From assembly GCA_002269645.1 (NCBI GenBank), contig NIVC01000622.1:248001-312000 (forward strand): DNA of 64,000 nt, written 5' to 3'. Below, one piece after another: positions 1-11,076 of this stretch. The DNA is from Macrostomum lignano (taxonomy: Eukaryota). The translations under genes and the position numbers were made by a program. Positions within the stretch are counted from its first letter, which is position 1. Each line of letters begins with the position of its first letter. Below the pieces are notes generated by a model. That model saw only the letters and a list, made by a program, of their open reading frames with translations, made no database searches and had not been told where the DNA came from.

Positions 1-306
1 GTCCAGGAGACTCGCCAGAATTTCCTCACCGACTGCGACTTTGTTGAAGCCTCGCTGGTGAGCGAGCAGCTGGCCAATCTGTCCGACAGCGGCAAGAAGC
101 ACTTCATCGACCAGCTGCACCTGTCGCCGATTAAAATCAACTTGAGCTTCTCGCTCAGCTCAGCCGATGGCAACTCAAATCCATTTGTCAGTTTGGCAAT
201 TGCCACTGTGCTTGGTAGCGTGGCGAGGTGCTCGGATGTCCTGTTCCAGCTGAGCTGCCTGCACCGGGAGAACACCGCCTACTCAACTGCACAGCTCATG
301 GCTGAG
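1..306 (+). CDS. VPS13: VPS13A/C-like lipid transfer protein, internal exon (gene starts upstream of the window)
   Basis: Frame 1 reads ...KHFIDQLHLSPIKINLSFSL..., typical of the VPS13 C-terminal region. Donor GAG|GTGAGA at 306/307. Confidence 0.85.
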
Positions 307-318
307 GTGAGACTTTGA

Positions 319-1010
319 TTAGAATCTATAAACTAGATGAGATTCAGATCAAGTTAGGGTGAGATTCTGATCTAAGTAGGATGAGATTTTGATCACATTA
401 GGATGAGATTTTGGTAGACTTAAATGTGAGATTTTGATAAACCTGATGTGAGATTTTGATAAATCTGATGTGAGATTTTGAGAAACCTGATGTGAGATTT
501 TGATAAACCTAATGTGAGATTTTGATAAACCTGATGTGAGATTTTGATCAAATTAGGGTGAGATTTTTATCAGATTAGGATGAGATTTTGATCAAATTAG
601 GGTGAGATTTTGATTTAATTAGGAAGATATTTTGATCATATTAGGATGAGATTTTGATCACATTAGGATGAGATTTTAATAGAGGTAGGATGAGATTTTG
701 GTAGACTTAAATGTGAGATTTTGATTAAATTAGGGTGAGATTTTGATAAACCTGATGTGCGATTTTGATAAACCTGATGTGAGATTTTGATAAACCTGAT
801 GTGAGATTTTGATAAACCTGATGTGAGATTTTGATAAACCTGATGTGAGATTTTGATCAAATTAGGGTGAGATTTTTATCAGATTCGGATGAGATTTTGA
901 TCTAATTAGGGTGAGATTTTTTATCGAATTGGGGTAAGATTTTGATCTGAATAGGGTTAGATTTTAATCGAATTAGGGTGAGACTTTGATTAAATTATGG
1001 TGAGAGTTTA
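319..1010. repeat. Degenerate intronic minisatellite (about 20-22 bp unit, GATGTGAGATTTTGATAAACCT-like)
   Basis: Recurrent GAGATTTTGAT core filling this VPS13 intron. Confidence 0.85.
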
Positions 1011-1117
1011 ATAAACTTTACAATGAAATTTTGACCGCAGCAGAAAAAAGCCATTGCAATTCTACTTTAAGTAGTTTAAAAGCACCATATTCTCTATTTT
1101 TAAACCCTCACTCCCAG

Positions 1118-1267
1118 GTGAAGCGGCACTACATCCGACAGTTTGCCGGCCAGCTCTACAAGGTGTTTCTCAGCATCGACCTGATTGGCAACCCGCTCAG
1201 CGTGATCGGCGGCCTCCGCTCTGGTGCTCAGGACTTCTTCTATGAGCCCATTGCTGGCGCCATTCAG
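1118..1267 (+). CDS. VPS13: VPS13 exon
   Basis: Acceptor ctcccag|GTG and donor CAG|gtgcgc. Encodes YKVFLSIDLIGNPLSVIGGLRSGAQDFFYEPIAGAIQ, matching the VPS13A/C motif ...LGNP...FFYEP..GAIQ. Confidence 0.9.
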
Positions 1268-1276
1268 GTGCGCATG

Positions 1277-1692
1277 ACACTCAGTTTAGCGCCAATTCCG
1301 ACACTCAGTTTAGCGCCAATTCTGACACACTCAGTTTAGCGCCAATTCCGACACTCAGTTTAGCGCCAATTCTGACACACAGTTTAGCGCCAATTCTGAC
1401 TTACTCAGTTTAGCGCCAATTCTGACACACTCAGTTTAGCGCCAATTCTGACACACTCAGTTTAGCGCCAATTCTGACACACTCAGTTTAGCGCCAATTC
1501 TGACACACTCAGTTTAGCGCCAATTCTGACTTACTCAGTTTAGCGCCAATTCTGACACACTCAGTTTAGCGCCAATTCTGACACACTCAGTTTAGCGCCA
1601 ATTCTGACACTCAGTTTAGCGCCAATTCTGACTTACTCAGTTTAGCGCCAATTCTGACACACTCAGTTTAGCGCCAATTCTGACACACTCAA
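1277..1692. repeat. Intronic minisatellite, 26-28 bp unit ACTCAGTTTAGCGCCAATTCTGAC(AC)
   Basis: About 15 near-identical tandem copies. Confidence 0.95.
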
Positions 1693-1757
1693 TTTTGAAG
1701 CCAGAAAAACCCTACCGATATGTATCGAAAAGCAATTTTTACTTCACTACATTGCAG

Positions 1758-2069
1758 GGCCCTGAAGAATTCGTTGAAGGCGTGTACTCCGGCATGAAGT
1801 CATTTGTCGGCCACACAGTCGGCGGCGTGTCCGGTTTCCTGCAGCGAATGACCGGCACGGTCGGCCACCTGGCAGCCATCGCTTCGTTCGACTCGAAGTA
1901 TCAGCGCCGCAGGGAGGCGCACATTCGAGCTCGGGCCAACTACGGCACCGGCAGCAACATGGCCAAGGCAGCGCAGAACCTCGGCTTGGGCTTCGTGCAG
2001 GGCATCTCCGGGATCGTCACCCAGCCGTACGAGGGCGGCAAGGAGGGCGGCGCTGTGGGCTTCTTCTCG
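1758..2069 (+). CDS. VPS13: VPS13 exon (ATG2_C-like glycine-rich region)
   Basis: Acceptor ttgcag|GGC and donor TCG|gtgagt. Encodes GPEEFVEG...GHTVGGVSG...GISGIVTQPYEGGKEGGAVGFFS, continuing GAIQ|GPEEF in frame. Confidence 0.9.
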
Positions 2070-2082
2070 GTGAGTCTGGTAT

Positions 2083-2399
<317 letters not shown>

Positions 2400-2400
2400 G

Positions 2401-5400
2401 TCACGGCGTGTTTAAAAAAATCAAAAGACTAATTAATTTAATATGGGCTACCGGTTTCGAGCCTCTGGGCTCTTCGTCAGGCCAAAAAATCTGTGTGTGT
2501 CATGCAATTCAAGTTGGTCTTTTAAGTATTATTTTTCTTAGTCTGATAGAATTGATGAGTAGTTGTACATATGAGGGATGTACATTTAAAACCCTGTTTT
2601 GCCTAGCTCTAACTTGTCCCAGAGGCTTTCCACCATTAATTTTAAACGACAGTATATTTGTTATAAAAAATTGTTATTTCGAAGTACTATACGATATGCG
2701 ATACTATACGATTAGATGAAATGCCGGTATTGGGGGTAGGAGCATAAAAATCAATATTGAGCGTACAATTAAGCAGTTTGAATGAAATAAATTAAATGAC
2801 ACGTGAATAAATATTGTACTTTAATAGGGTAAAAATAGCGCATTGGTTAAAATGATTAAATGTTTCCTGGCTGAGACTTGAACTTATTGGGAGCCAGGAG
2901 GCTCTGTAAGTTACGTTGCCGTGTAAAAGCGGGCAGTATGCGGGAGCCTGGTTTATTTTGTAGCTTTTCAAAGTTTTTAGCTATCTCGTTGGCAAGCCAG
3001 ACCGTAGATGGGTGAAAAGGAAGGACCATTGGGATGGGTCGGAGAAGATGATTGTCGACCCTGATGTTCGTACCTGGCGGTTTGTCAGTCCCTAGTTTTT
3101 TAATCCAGATTTCTTCCCTTAGTTCGATTTTGTTGTTATTAAGAACTTGTTCAATAGCAATGGAGACAAAGTTTGCAATCGAGTGATTGGGGGTGAGAAA
3201 GTGCTCTGACCCCGAAGTTACGACTCTCCTGTTAATATTTGACCTGTGCTGGTTCCTTCTATCTCTCATTGTTCTTCTAGTCATCCCTACATAGAAGATT
3301 TTCCCAGGGTGGCACTGGTTGCAGGAGATGCCATAGATGATGTTCTTGGAGCCACAGGACAGGCTCTGAGAGATTAAAAAACCAGAAGCCGGTTTCAGCC
3401 CCTGGGCGGAGAGAGCAGGCGGTGTGTGGGTGCAGCATTTGCAGCGGGATGACCCACAGGGATGGAACCCTTTGGGAAGCAGACCCAGATTGGTCGTTGG
3501 TCCTGCAGTCCAGTTCATAAGTATGAGGACATCCTTTTTGCAGTTTCTAAGAAAAATCTTCGAGTAGCCTAATTGCTTGAGTTCCGATTTTAAAGAATTG
3601 AAAGCATCGTTGAAAGACTTGTAGTCATCACAGATACGAGCGTACCGAAGGATTTGGGATTTTACTACCCCCTTGAAGGTGTGTGACGGATGGAAGGACT
3701 GTCGGTGCAACAATCTATGAGTGTCTGTTTCTTTTGAAAACAGTTGTGTTGTGAAGCGGTTTTCAGCTTTCCTGATGGTCATGTCAAGGAAACTGACCTC
3801 AGTTGATGAGGAGCTGACGGTGAGTTTGATGTTGGGGTTGATTGAATTTAGGTGTACAACAAATTCTGTCAGAGTTTCAGCCGGGTGGTCCCAGTGAATG
3901 AAGATATCATCTATGTACCTAAAATAGATGTTCGGCTTATAAAGAGCAGTTCTCAGGGCAGTTTCCTCCCAGAGGCTCATGAAGAGACAGGCATAGCTGG
4001 GCGCAAATATGCGCCCCATGGCTGTGCCTCTAAGCTGTAGGAAAATCATTTTGTCAAATTCAAAGTCATTCCTGTACAAACACAATTCCAGTAGCTTTAT
4101 TATTTCAGCATCCGGTCTAATGGGATCCGGGTATCGGTTAAAGAATTCCTGGATCACTGCAATGCCCTGATCTATTGGGATCATGGAGTACAGACTCTGG
4201 ACATCACAGGTTGCCAGAGTCGAACCTTCCGTGCAGCTTTTATCCATAAGGTGTGCCTTGAAGTCATAGGAGTCCTTAATGAAAGTGGGTTGCGCTTGGG
4301 CAATCGGTTTTAGAAAGAAGTCTATGTACTTTTCTGCCCCAATTGCTTCAGAACTGCATCCGCTCACAATAGGTCTGCCTGCTGGGACCCGAAAGGGGAT
4401 CAGCCAGGTGGCCGGGTCCTTGTGAATTTTTGGGAGCAGGTAGAAATGCCGGGGACGGAAGTTCTCTCCGGGACAAAGAAATGCACACTGTTTCTTAGAT
4501 ATGAACTTTCTGTTACATAAATTGAGGAAGATCCCCCTAATAAGTTCCGCAGTCACGGGTTGCAATGGCTGGTCCAGCTGTTGATAGGCATTAGTGTCAA
4601 GCAATTGGTTGTAGGCTGCAAATTCGTAATCCTTGGGTGCATGATGACCACTGTGTTACCTTTGTCCGCCTTTTTTATAAGGACGGAGCTGTTTCGCTTG
4701 AGCCTCTGAATCGCCCTGGTCTCTGGTGCCTCTAGGTTGCCTTTGATCTGTCCCGTTGTCAAATTCTCTACCAGATTTTGGTTCTCAAGTACCAGCAAGT
4801 TGCACTCATCCCTTCTAAGTCTGAGGGGAACCTCCTTCCCTGATTTCCCGGTGAAGGGGGGCGGGCTGGTATTGGCGAGACCCCTCTTTTTGAAAAAGTC
4901 TTTCCAGAAAAGTTTACGATGAAATTCCGTCATGCAGTTCCTCAACTCATCGAAATCAAGGGCTTGGGTTGGGATAAAATTGAGTCCCTTATCTAGCAGC
5001 CTCGTCTCAGACTCGGAGAGTTTGAAGGTAGGGTGTAGATTTAAAATGTTGCCTTCCAGTTTGGGAGGCCTACAGTAGTCAGCTAGTTTAAAGTTCTCAG
5101 CCAGGAAGCCAGCGCCAGTATAGAGTCCGGCGCTGAGAAGGATACAATTGGTTTAAGGAGAGAAGAGGCAATAAGAGTAACAGGTGAGAGTTTCTTACTC
5201 AGAGATTGAGTCAATTCTTCACCGCTGGCAAAGGGCGGAACCAGAAGGATCTTACGTGTCAGACTGTCCGCTCTGAGTAGATCGATAGCCTCAGAGAGCA
5301 ACTCTCGCCAGTGGTCTGTGCTGAGCAGCTCGTCCGGCAGGACCAGCACCGTTGACTGAGCGCATTGCCGGTTCCGCAGGGCAGCCGACCTCAGTAGAGA

Positions 5401-5805
5401 TGGTAAGGCTGACAGTGAGTACTCATGTACCTCTGTGATTGCCGGCAGTTTGAGGCCCTCGAAAGGCTTTGGGCAGAGTACCAGGTTCCGGCAGTCCCTG
5501 CTGATGATGAGCGAAACAGGTTGCTCAAAGGTGCTGGGTGAGTCATTCAGATGCGGCCTGTGGCGTTCCGGACCCCCAGGGGAGTCTTCAGAGTCCGGCG
5601 ATGGTAAGCGGCGTTTGGCAGGTGAAGCAGGCAGTCCCACCCGTGGAAGAGGCGGGGTCACAAAGAGGTCGTCAGCTGCCGACGTACAGCCGTTCTCAGG
5701 TGAGGCGACTTCGGTGGTCCCGCCTGCCGCCGGACTGCCGTCCGAAGCCACAACCGCAGCCGCTGAGGGGTCGTTGCTGATCGTCGCATCGGCGCTCGCT
5801 GCCAC
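2401..5805 (-). mobile_element. Penelope-like retroelement (RT + GIY-YIG endonuclease; Neptune/Naiad-type endonuclease), 5'-truncated
   Basis: N-terminal LLDKGLNFIP and ADKGNTVVIM motifs; RT motifs GTAMG and FRYIDD; C-terminal GIY-YIG (NIIYGISCNQC...YVGMT...HRSNI...EHF) with a Cys motif. One frameshift near 4640. A separate upstream ORF at 5083-5805. (GA)n tracts on both sides. Confidence 0.93.
2446..2483 (-). ncRNA. Minimal type I hammerhead ribozyme motif in the Penelope 3' terminal region
   Basis: Minus strand reads GGC CTGACGA A GAGCC-CAGA-GGCTC GAAA CCGG TA GCC. It has the core boxes, a 5-bp stem II, a palindromic stem III (ACCGGT), a GUA cleavage triplet and a 3-bp stem I. Confidence 0.75.
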
Positions 5806-5813
5806 GAGAGAGA

Positions 5814-5861
<48 letters not shown>

Positions 5862-5864
<3 letters not shown>

Positions 5865-6050
5865 GCGCTCTGATGTGCCAGCGGCCCAGGCTCGATTCCA
5901 AGTGCCACACAGTGTATAGCATTAATTTTTTTGTGGGGGGGGGCTAAATTGAAATCTCGGCTTGGCTCTGCTCGACAAATAAAGTTAAGGGCCACTGTAC
6001 ACTCCTCTAGCCGGTTGTGCGCCAGTGTGACGAATGGAGGCTTAATTAAA
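5862..6050 (+). mobile_element. tRNA-derived SINE fragment (head truncated at a (GA)n tract)
   Basis: B-box-like GGCTCGATTCC. Body nearly identical to the copies at 36044 and 36995-37473. Confidence 0.75.
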
Positions 6051-6678
6051 GGGTAGGAATTAAGTGTACGTGACAGTCCTGGGTAGATATTAAATCGATG
6101 ATGTAGTGACAATTAATCACTAGATTAATAAGTAGATATAGGTAGTATAAGGTAGACACGAAGGTCGATAAGTATACTTGGCGATACTTTGTATACTCAT
6201 AAACTCATACATATACTAGAACTAAACAGGTTGAAATGTGAGCTAATTTACTCCACACAAATTTTGCCCTTACCTGTATTTAACTATCTTTCTGTATATC
6301 TTGCTGTCACCAATGCACGATATTACACATTGTACAGATCGCTCTATCAACAAACCCCTCACCTTTTACCGCACCGACCATCCACCCCCGCCCCCCTCTC
6401 AGTACAGTCGTTCGGGTGCACGAGTGTACGAGAGTTATGCGCTATTTTATTATCAACCTTAAATACTCGTACAACCAACTGGGGGGTTGAAGGTCGAGGG
6501 TGATAGGGAGAGAGCGAGAGAGAGAAAGAGAGAGAGACAGTGTACGACGCTCTGCTATAAGACGCGACTCTGTTTATTGTAGCAAAGCTTTACACTATAC
6601 TAAAGAAATAAATGCCAAAGTTAAAGGCCAGTCATATATTATACATCTATTTCTACATTATCGAACGGCTCGGAGTTC

Positions 6679-8481
6679 ATGTCGTCATCATCCTCCGTCT
6701 GTCCGTTCGCTTCGCTGCTGTTTGTCTATCGGCACAGCGCCGTACGCAGCGAAGCGGACGATCTACGCGACGCGATTTTGCTGTTCCATCCAGCTGAGAC
6801 GGCGTTGGATACGCAGTGCCTTCTAGCTGGCCAGCTGATGGGTCTGACTGGTTTTGTTCGATCAACTCTGCTCACTCAGCCTGTAGCTTTTGAGCTGGAC
6901 AGCCTGCGTGTTGCTTCAGTACATTGCGGTGATTTGACCCTGTGCGTTGCATCTCCCGGCGTTGGCGGGGAGGCGACCATCTGCGAAGCTGCTCGCGGTC
7001 TGCACCGAGCCTTCCAGTTCTATTGCGGCCCGCTCGCTCTGGCGTTTCATTCAGCTGCGCGACACTCGCCAGAGCTTCAGGCCCGACTTGAATGGCTGTC
7101 TGGCCGGCTGCTTGAGTTGTTCTGTCCGACCGATTGTCCGCCAGCTCTGCTGCAGATGGCTTCCGGTCACGTGACCGGATTCCCGCTCATGCCGACGCGG
7201 CAGCAGCAGCAGCAGCAGAAACAAGCCGGTCTACGTCGGAAGCGCGACTTTGCTCGACTCCTCCTAGCCGCTGACTGCCTCGCCGATCGCCTCATCAACT
7301 GTTGCAACTCCGACGTCGCATCGACATCAGCCTCCATTTTCGCTTTCCCCGCCTCCTCGCAGGCGTCATCTCGCCGTCGGCAGGTGGTTCTTGGCTGCGC
7401 CATCTTCGTGTCCGGCCAGTTGTTGACCTCGGTGAACCTGCCAGCGTCGGTCTGTACCGCCTTGTCGATTCTTGCCGATGCTGAACACGCCGCAACACTG
7501 CCCATGTCAGAGGCGATGTTTCGCATCGATCTGCAGCTCAAAGATGAAGACGACAAAGATCGGTCGATTTTTGCGTTTCACTCATTTGTCTCGTCTGATG
7601 AAGATTGGAACTCCCGCGCAGAGTTGGATGCTGACAGTGCTCAGAACGGCTGCTCAGGCCGCTGCGGTGGGCCTTCATCGGTGCCCCGGCTTACTAGCCT
7701 CTGTAGAGAGGCGCTGCTCGCTTATAGATTTCAAGAGATCATTAGCCTTGACCATTCTGGTGCGCCAGTTCGGCGCCTAAAATGCGTTGTGTGGCGCCGG
7801 CGCCAGAACGACATCTGCATTGTGGCGCTCGCCGCCGCCTCGGCCTGCCTCGGTTGCGTGCGCCGAGTAGCGGAGCCGCTCCTGTCACCGAGCCAGCTGC
7901 GACCCCTGACCGACGCTCTTGCCGCTGCTGACGCTGCAGAAGCCTCAACTTCTGCACCTGAGATTCAGCCTCCTGCACCTCCTACTCTGCTGCTCCGCTG
8001 TCCGCCGCTGCTCCTGACCGCCTCCTCAACCGACGTCGCTCGCCGATTTCCCTCCACCGATAGCGTCGAGTCCTCGGCAGCCGGCCTCGCCGTTGAGTTG
8101 ACTTCGCCCAGCCTTGGCGGCGAATTTGCCGCCCTGTCGATTCGCGTCGACGGTCGGCTCTGCGTCTCCGCTGCCCGCTCGGCTGGAATGCTCAGCGTTT
8201 CCGACAAGGTCGACTTGACCGTCCCGGACGGCAGTCCCGCGGCGGCCGCTGCCGTCTCTTTCTTTGACGAATCTGCCGCCGTCTCAGCAGCTTCAGTGGC
8301 TGGTCAACGAAGACTTCTGGGCGCGTCGATCGCTGCCACGCCGACGACGCTTCTGCCGAGATTTGCGCACCTTGGCGCCGCGGGCGTCAGCAGCGGGCTC
8401 AACATGCTGCAGGTGCCGAGCAAGCCGCGACGCACACGCAGCCTCATCGGCGGTTGGCGACCGTCCTCGCGCGGTTTTTGA
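6679..8481 (+). CDS. HPS4: HPS4-like (BLOC-3 subunit, longin-domain GEF subunit), intronless, nested in a VPS13 intron
   Basis: N-terminus LLFVY...DAILLFHPAETALDTQCLLAGQLMG and FQFYCGPLALAF resemble HPS4 FFLYD...[23 protein letters not shown] and FNFYNGPVSLAY. The later VLGCAIFVSGQLLTSVNLP resembles the second longin domain. 600-aa open frame. Confidence 0.75.
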   Translation: MSSSSSVCPFASLLFVYRHSAVRSEADDLRDAILLFHPAETALDTQCLLAGQLMGLTGFVRSTLLTQPVAFELDSLRVASVHCGDLTLCVASPGVGGEATICEAARGLHRAFQFYCGPLALAFHSAARHSPELQARLEWLSGRLLELFCPTDCPPALLQMASGHVTGFPLMPTRQQQQQQKQAGLRRKRDFARLLLAADCLADRLINCCNSDVASTSASIFAFPASSQASSRRRQVVLGCAIFVSGQLLTSVNLPASVCTALSILADAEHAATLPMSEAMFRIDLQLKDEDDKDRSIFAFHSFVSSDEDWNSRAELDADSAQNGCSGRCGGPSSVPRLTSLCREALLAYRFQEIISLDHSGAPVRRLKCVVWRRRQNDICIVALAAASACLGCVRRVAEPLLSPSQLRPLTDALAAADAAEASTSAPEIQPPAPPTLLLRCPPLLLTASSTDVARRFPSTDSVESSAAGLAVELTSPSLGGEFAALSIRVDGRLCVSAARSAGMLSVSDKVDLTVPDGSPAAAAAVSFFDESAAVSAASVAGQRRLLGASIAATPTTLLPRFAHLGAAGVSSGLNMLQVPSKPRRTRSLIGGWRPSSRGF

Positions 8482-9025
8482 CCTCTATTTGAGCCCGCGT
8501 GACCGCCATGTGACCTCTGTTGGACGATATGCTTTGGAATTCTATCAAGCCCCTATGATCTTCATTTGGTCCTAATGCGACCTCTATTTGTCCCCAAGCG
8601 ATCTTTCTTTGACGAGTCTAGTTTGCCCTTGTAACTTTGTTAGTCATTATTTGATTATTCTTCTTGATATTCTATAGCGCTGTACACATGCGGAAAACAA
8701 TCTTTACTCTTCTGAATCTACTACATGTTCATAATGACCAAGTTCGACATAAGATGTTCTTTAGTGATTTTTCTGCCGCATTTCTTGTTGAAAGTCTGGT
8801 GCAAGAATAAAACTATTTGAGCATTACTGGTGCAAGTTTGACATTTTTCTTTCTTGCAGTTTTTTATTTAGCCTTCAAGGGTGTAAAATCCAAATGCACA
8901 CTGGAGTGTCTAGAATTACCTATTTGATTTCAGAGCGTGTAGGTGACAAAAGGCGTGTTTACTAAAGCAAAAAGCTACCTCAGATTCAAATACGAACCTA
9001 CCTGCCAGTGTATATATTCAATCTA

Positions 9026-9462
9026 TAACCTACCAACCCTAACCTACCCAACCCTAACCTACCAACCCTAACCTACCCAACCCCAAACTACCCGACCCTA
9101 ACCTACCCAACCCTAATCTACCAACCCTAACCTACCCAACCCTAACCTACCAACCCTAACCTACCCATCCCCTATCTACCCAACTCCAACATATCTAATC
9201 TACCCAATCCAGCCTACCCATTCTACCCAACCCCAGCCTTCTAAACTTCAACCTACCCAACCCCAGCCTAATAAACTCCAACCTACCCAATCTACCAAAC
9301 GCCAACCTACCCAATCTACCAAACGCCAACCTACCCAGTCTACCAAACGCCAACCTACCCAGTCTACCAAACGCCAGCCTACCCAATCTACCAAAACGCC
9401 GACCTACCCAATCTACCCAACCCCAACCTACCCAACTCAGATCCTACCAAACCTGACCCTAC
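9026..9462. repeat. Minisatellite with a telomere-like CCCTAA core (ACCAACCCTAACCT unit and derivatives)
   Basis: Tandem 14-15 bp units that drift into CCAAACGCCAACCTACCCAGTCTA units. Confidence 0.85.
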
Positions 9463-9565
9463 CCAAAACATTCAACATATTTTTTCTAAATCGAACCAAT
9501 TCAACTTCGAGCCATCAGTACACACGCAACCCAACAACCCTTCTCAACTCCCCAACACCCCTCAG

Positions 9566-10074
9566 GCGTAGGCAAAGGTCTGGTCGGCGTAGTCAGCCGC
9601 CCAGTTGGCGCGGTCGTGGACTTCGCCAGCGACACATTCTACACTGTTCAGCGCGTGGCCGACCTGTCCGAGGTGCCAAGGCGTGTCCGAGATCCACGCT
9701 ACATCCGGCCGGACAGTCGCTTGGTGTACTACCGCAGAATGGAGGCGGCCGGGTACACCATTCTGCAGCAGGCCGTCAAGCCCATTCCCAAGGAGGTCTA
9801 CTGCCTGCACTGCCTGGTCAACGATCCCAAGTCGCGTGCCCCCGTTGCGGCTCTGGTCACCAACTTCCGTATCCTGTTGGCCCGCCGTGCCGACCTGCTG
9901 GCCACGTGGTCGTGCGACCAGCAATTCACCTGGAACCAAGTGGACGACGTGCGCGAAACTCGAACCGGATTTGAGCTTGTGCTCAAGTCTAAGAAACGAA
10001 AAAGCATCCTTGGCGGCCTGCGAGCGCCTTCTAACGAAGTCTTCAGCGTTCACACCTCACCGGACTGGGCCAGG
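9566..10074 (+). CDS. VPS13: VPS13 exon (ATG2_C end and PH-like domain)
   Basis: Encodes GVGKGLVGVVSRPVGAVVDFASDTF...RDPRYIRPD..., the direct continuation of GFFS. Donor AGG|gtgagt. The junction to the previous exon is 1 nt out of phase (see findings). Confidence 0.85.
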
Positions 10075-10182
10075 GTGAGTCTGCTGATCTACTGTTAGTA
10101 GTGTGCCAGCGCTGCTGCACTGCGGTTCTCTACATTGCATAATATAGACGGGCGATCAATGCGTGGGTCAAGAACTACACTC

Positions 10183-10830
10183 TCTTCTCCTCTTTCCCTT
10201 TCTTCCTCGTCTCCTCTCCTCTCCTCTCCTCTCCTCTCTACTCCTCTCCTCTCCTCTCCTCTCCTCTCTACTCCTCTCCTCTCCTCTCCTCTCCTCTCTA
10301 CTCCTCTCCTCTCCTCTCCTCTCCTCTCTACTCCTCTCCTCTCCTCTCCTCTCCTCTCCTCTCTACTCCTCTCCTCTCCTCTCCTCTCCTCTCCTCTCCT
10401 CTCCTCTCCTCTCCTCTCCTCTCTACTCCTCTCCTCTCCTCTCCTCTCCTCTCCTCTCCTCTCCTCTCCTCTCCTCTCCTCTCTTCTCCTCTCCTCTCCT
10501 CTCCTCTCCTCTCCTCTCCTCTCCTCTCCTCTCCTCTCCTCTCCTCTCCTCTACTCCTCTCGTCTCCTCTCCTCTCCTCTCCTCTCCTCTCCTCTCCTCT
10601 CCTCTCCTCTCATATCCTCTCCTCTCCTCTACTCCTCTCATCTCTTCTCCTCTCCTCTCCTCTCCTCTCTCCTGTACTGTCCTCTACTATTCTCTTCCCT
10701 CTCCTGTCATCCCCTCTCCTTTATCCTCCCCTCTCCTTTATCCTCTCCTCTCCTTTATCCTCCCCTCTCCTTTATCCTCCCCTCTCCTTTATCCTCTCCT
10801 CTTTCATCTCCTCTCTCCTCTCATCTCCTT
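10183..10830. repeat. (CTCCT)n pentanucleotide / polypyrimidine tract
   Basis: Fills most of the last VPS13 intron. Confidence 0.97.
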
Positions 10831-10989
10831 TTCTCTATCCCCTACATTTTCTCCCACTGTCACAACATTTTGGCGGTTAAAAGCCAGCTCTACAGTTTAA
10901 ACCCATCAGAAGTTTACCTGCCCCATAGAAAAATTCATTTCCAGTTGAGAGATGGTTATATTACTACACCAAATTGACTTCAATTTCAG

Positions 10990-11076
10990 AAAATCGTGAC
11001 CTGCATCAAGCAGCAGATTCGCGATAACGAACAGCGGGGCAGCATCAGCAGCTCGGACAGTCCGCCTACGGCCTAA
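10990..11076 (+). CDS. VPS13: VPS13 terminal exon (KIVTCIKQQIRDNEQRGSISSSDSPPTA*)
   Basis: Acceptor tttcag|AAA, phase 0 as required, 29 codons ending TAA. Confidence 0.7.
   Translation, partial: KIVTCIKQQIRDNEQRGSISSSDSPPTA

Noticed and set aside
5500-5525. Hammerhead-like CTGATGA...GAAAC on the + strand
   Set aside because: Only 5 nt lie between the boxes, so stem II cannot form. It is also antisense within the element's ORF.
6947-8575. Many short overlapping ORFs on both strands within HPS4, and similarly within the LINE, AMDHD1 and WSC exons
   Set aside because: They are shadow ORFs of GC-rich coding sequence with no recognisable motifs.
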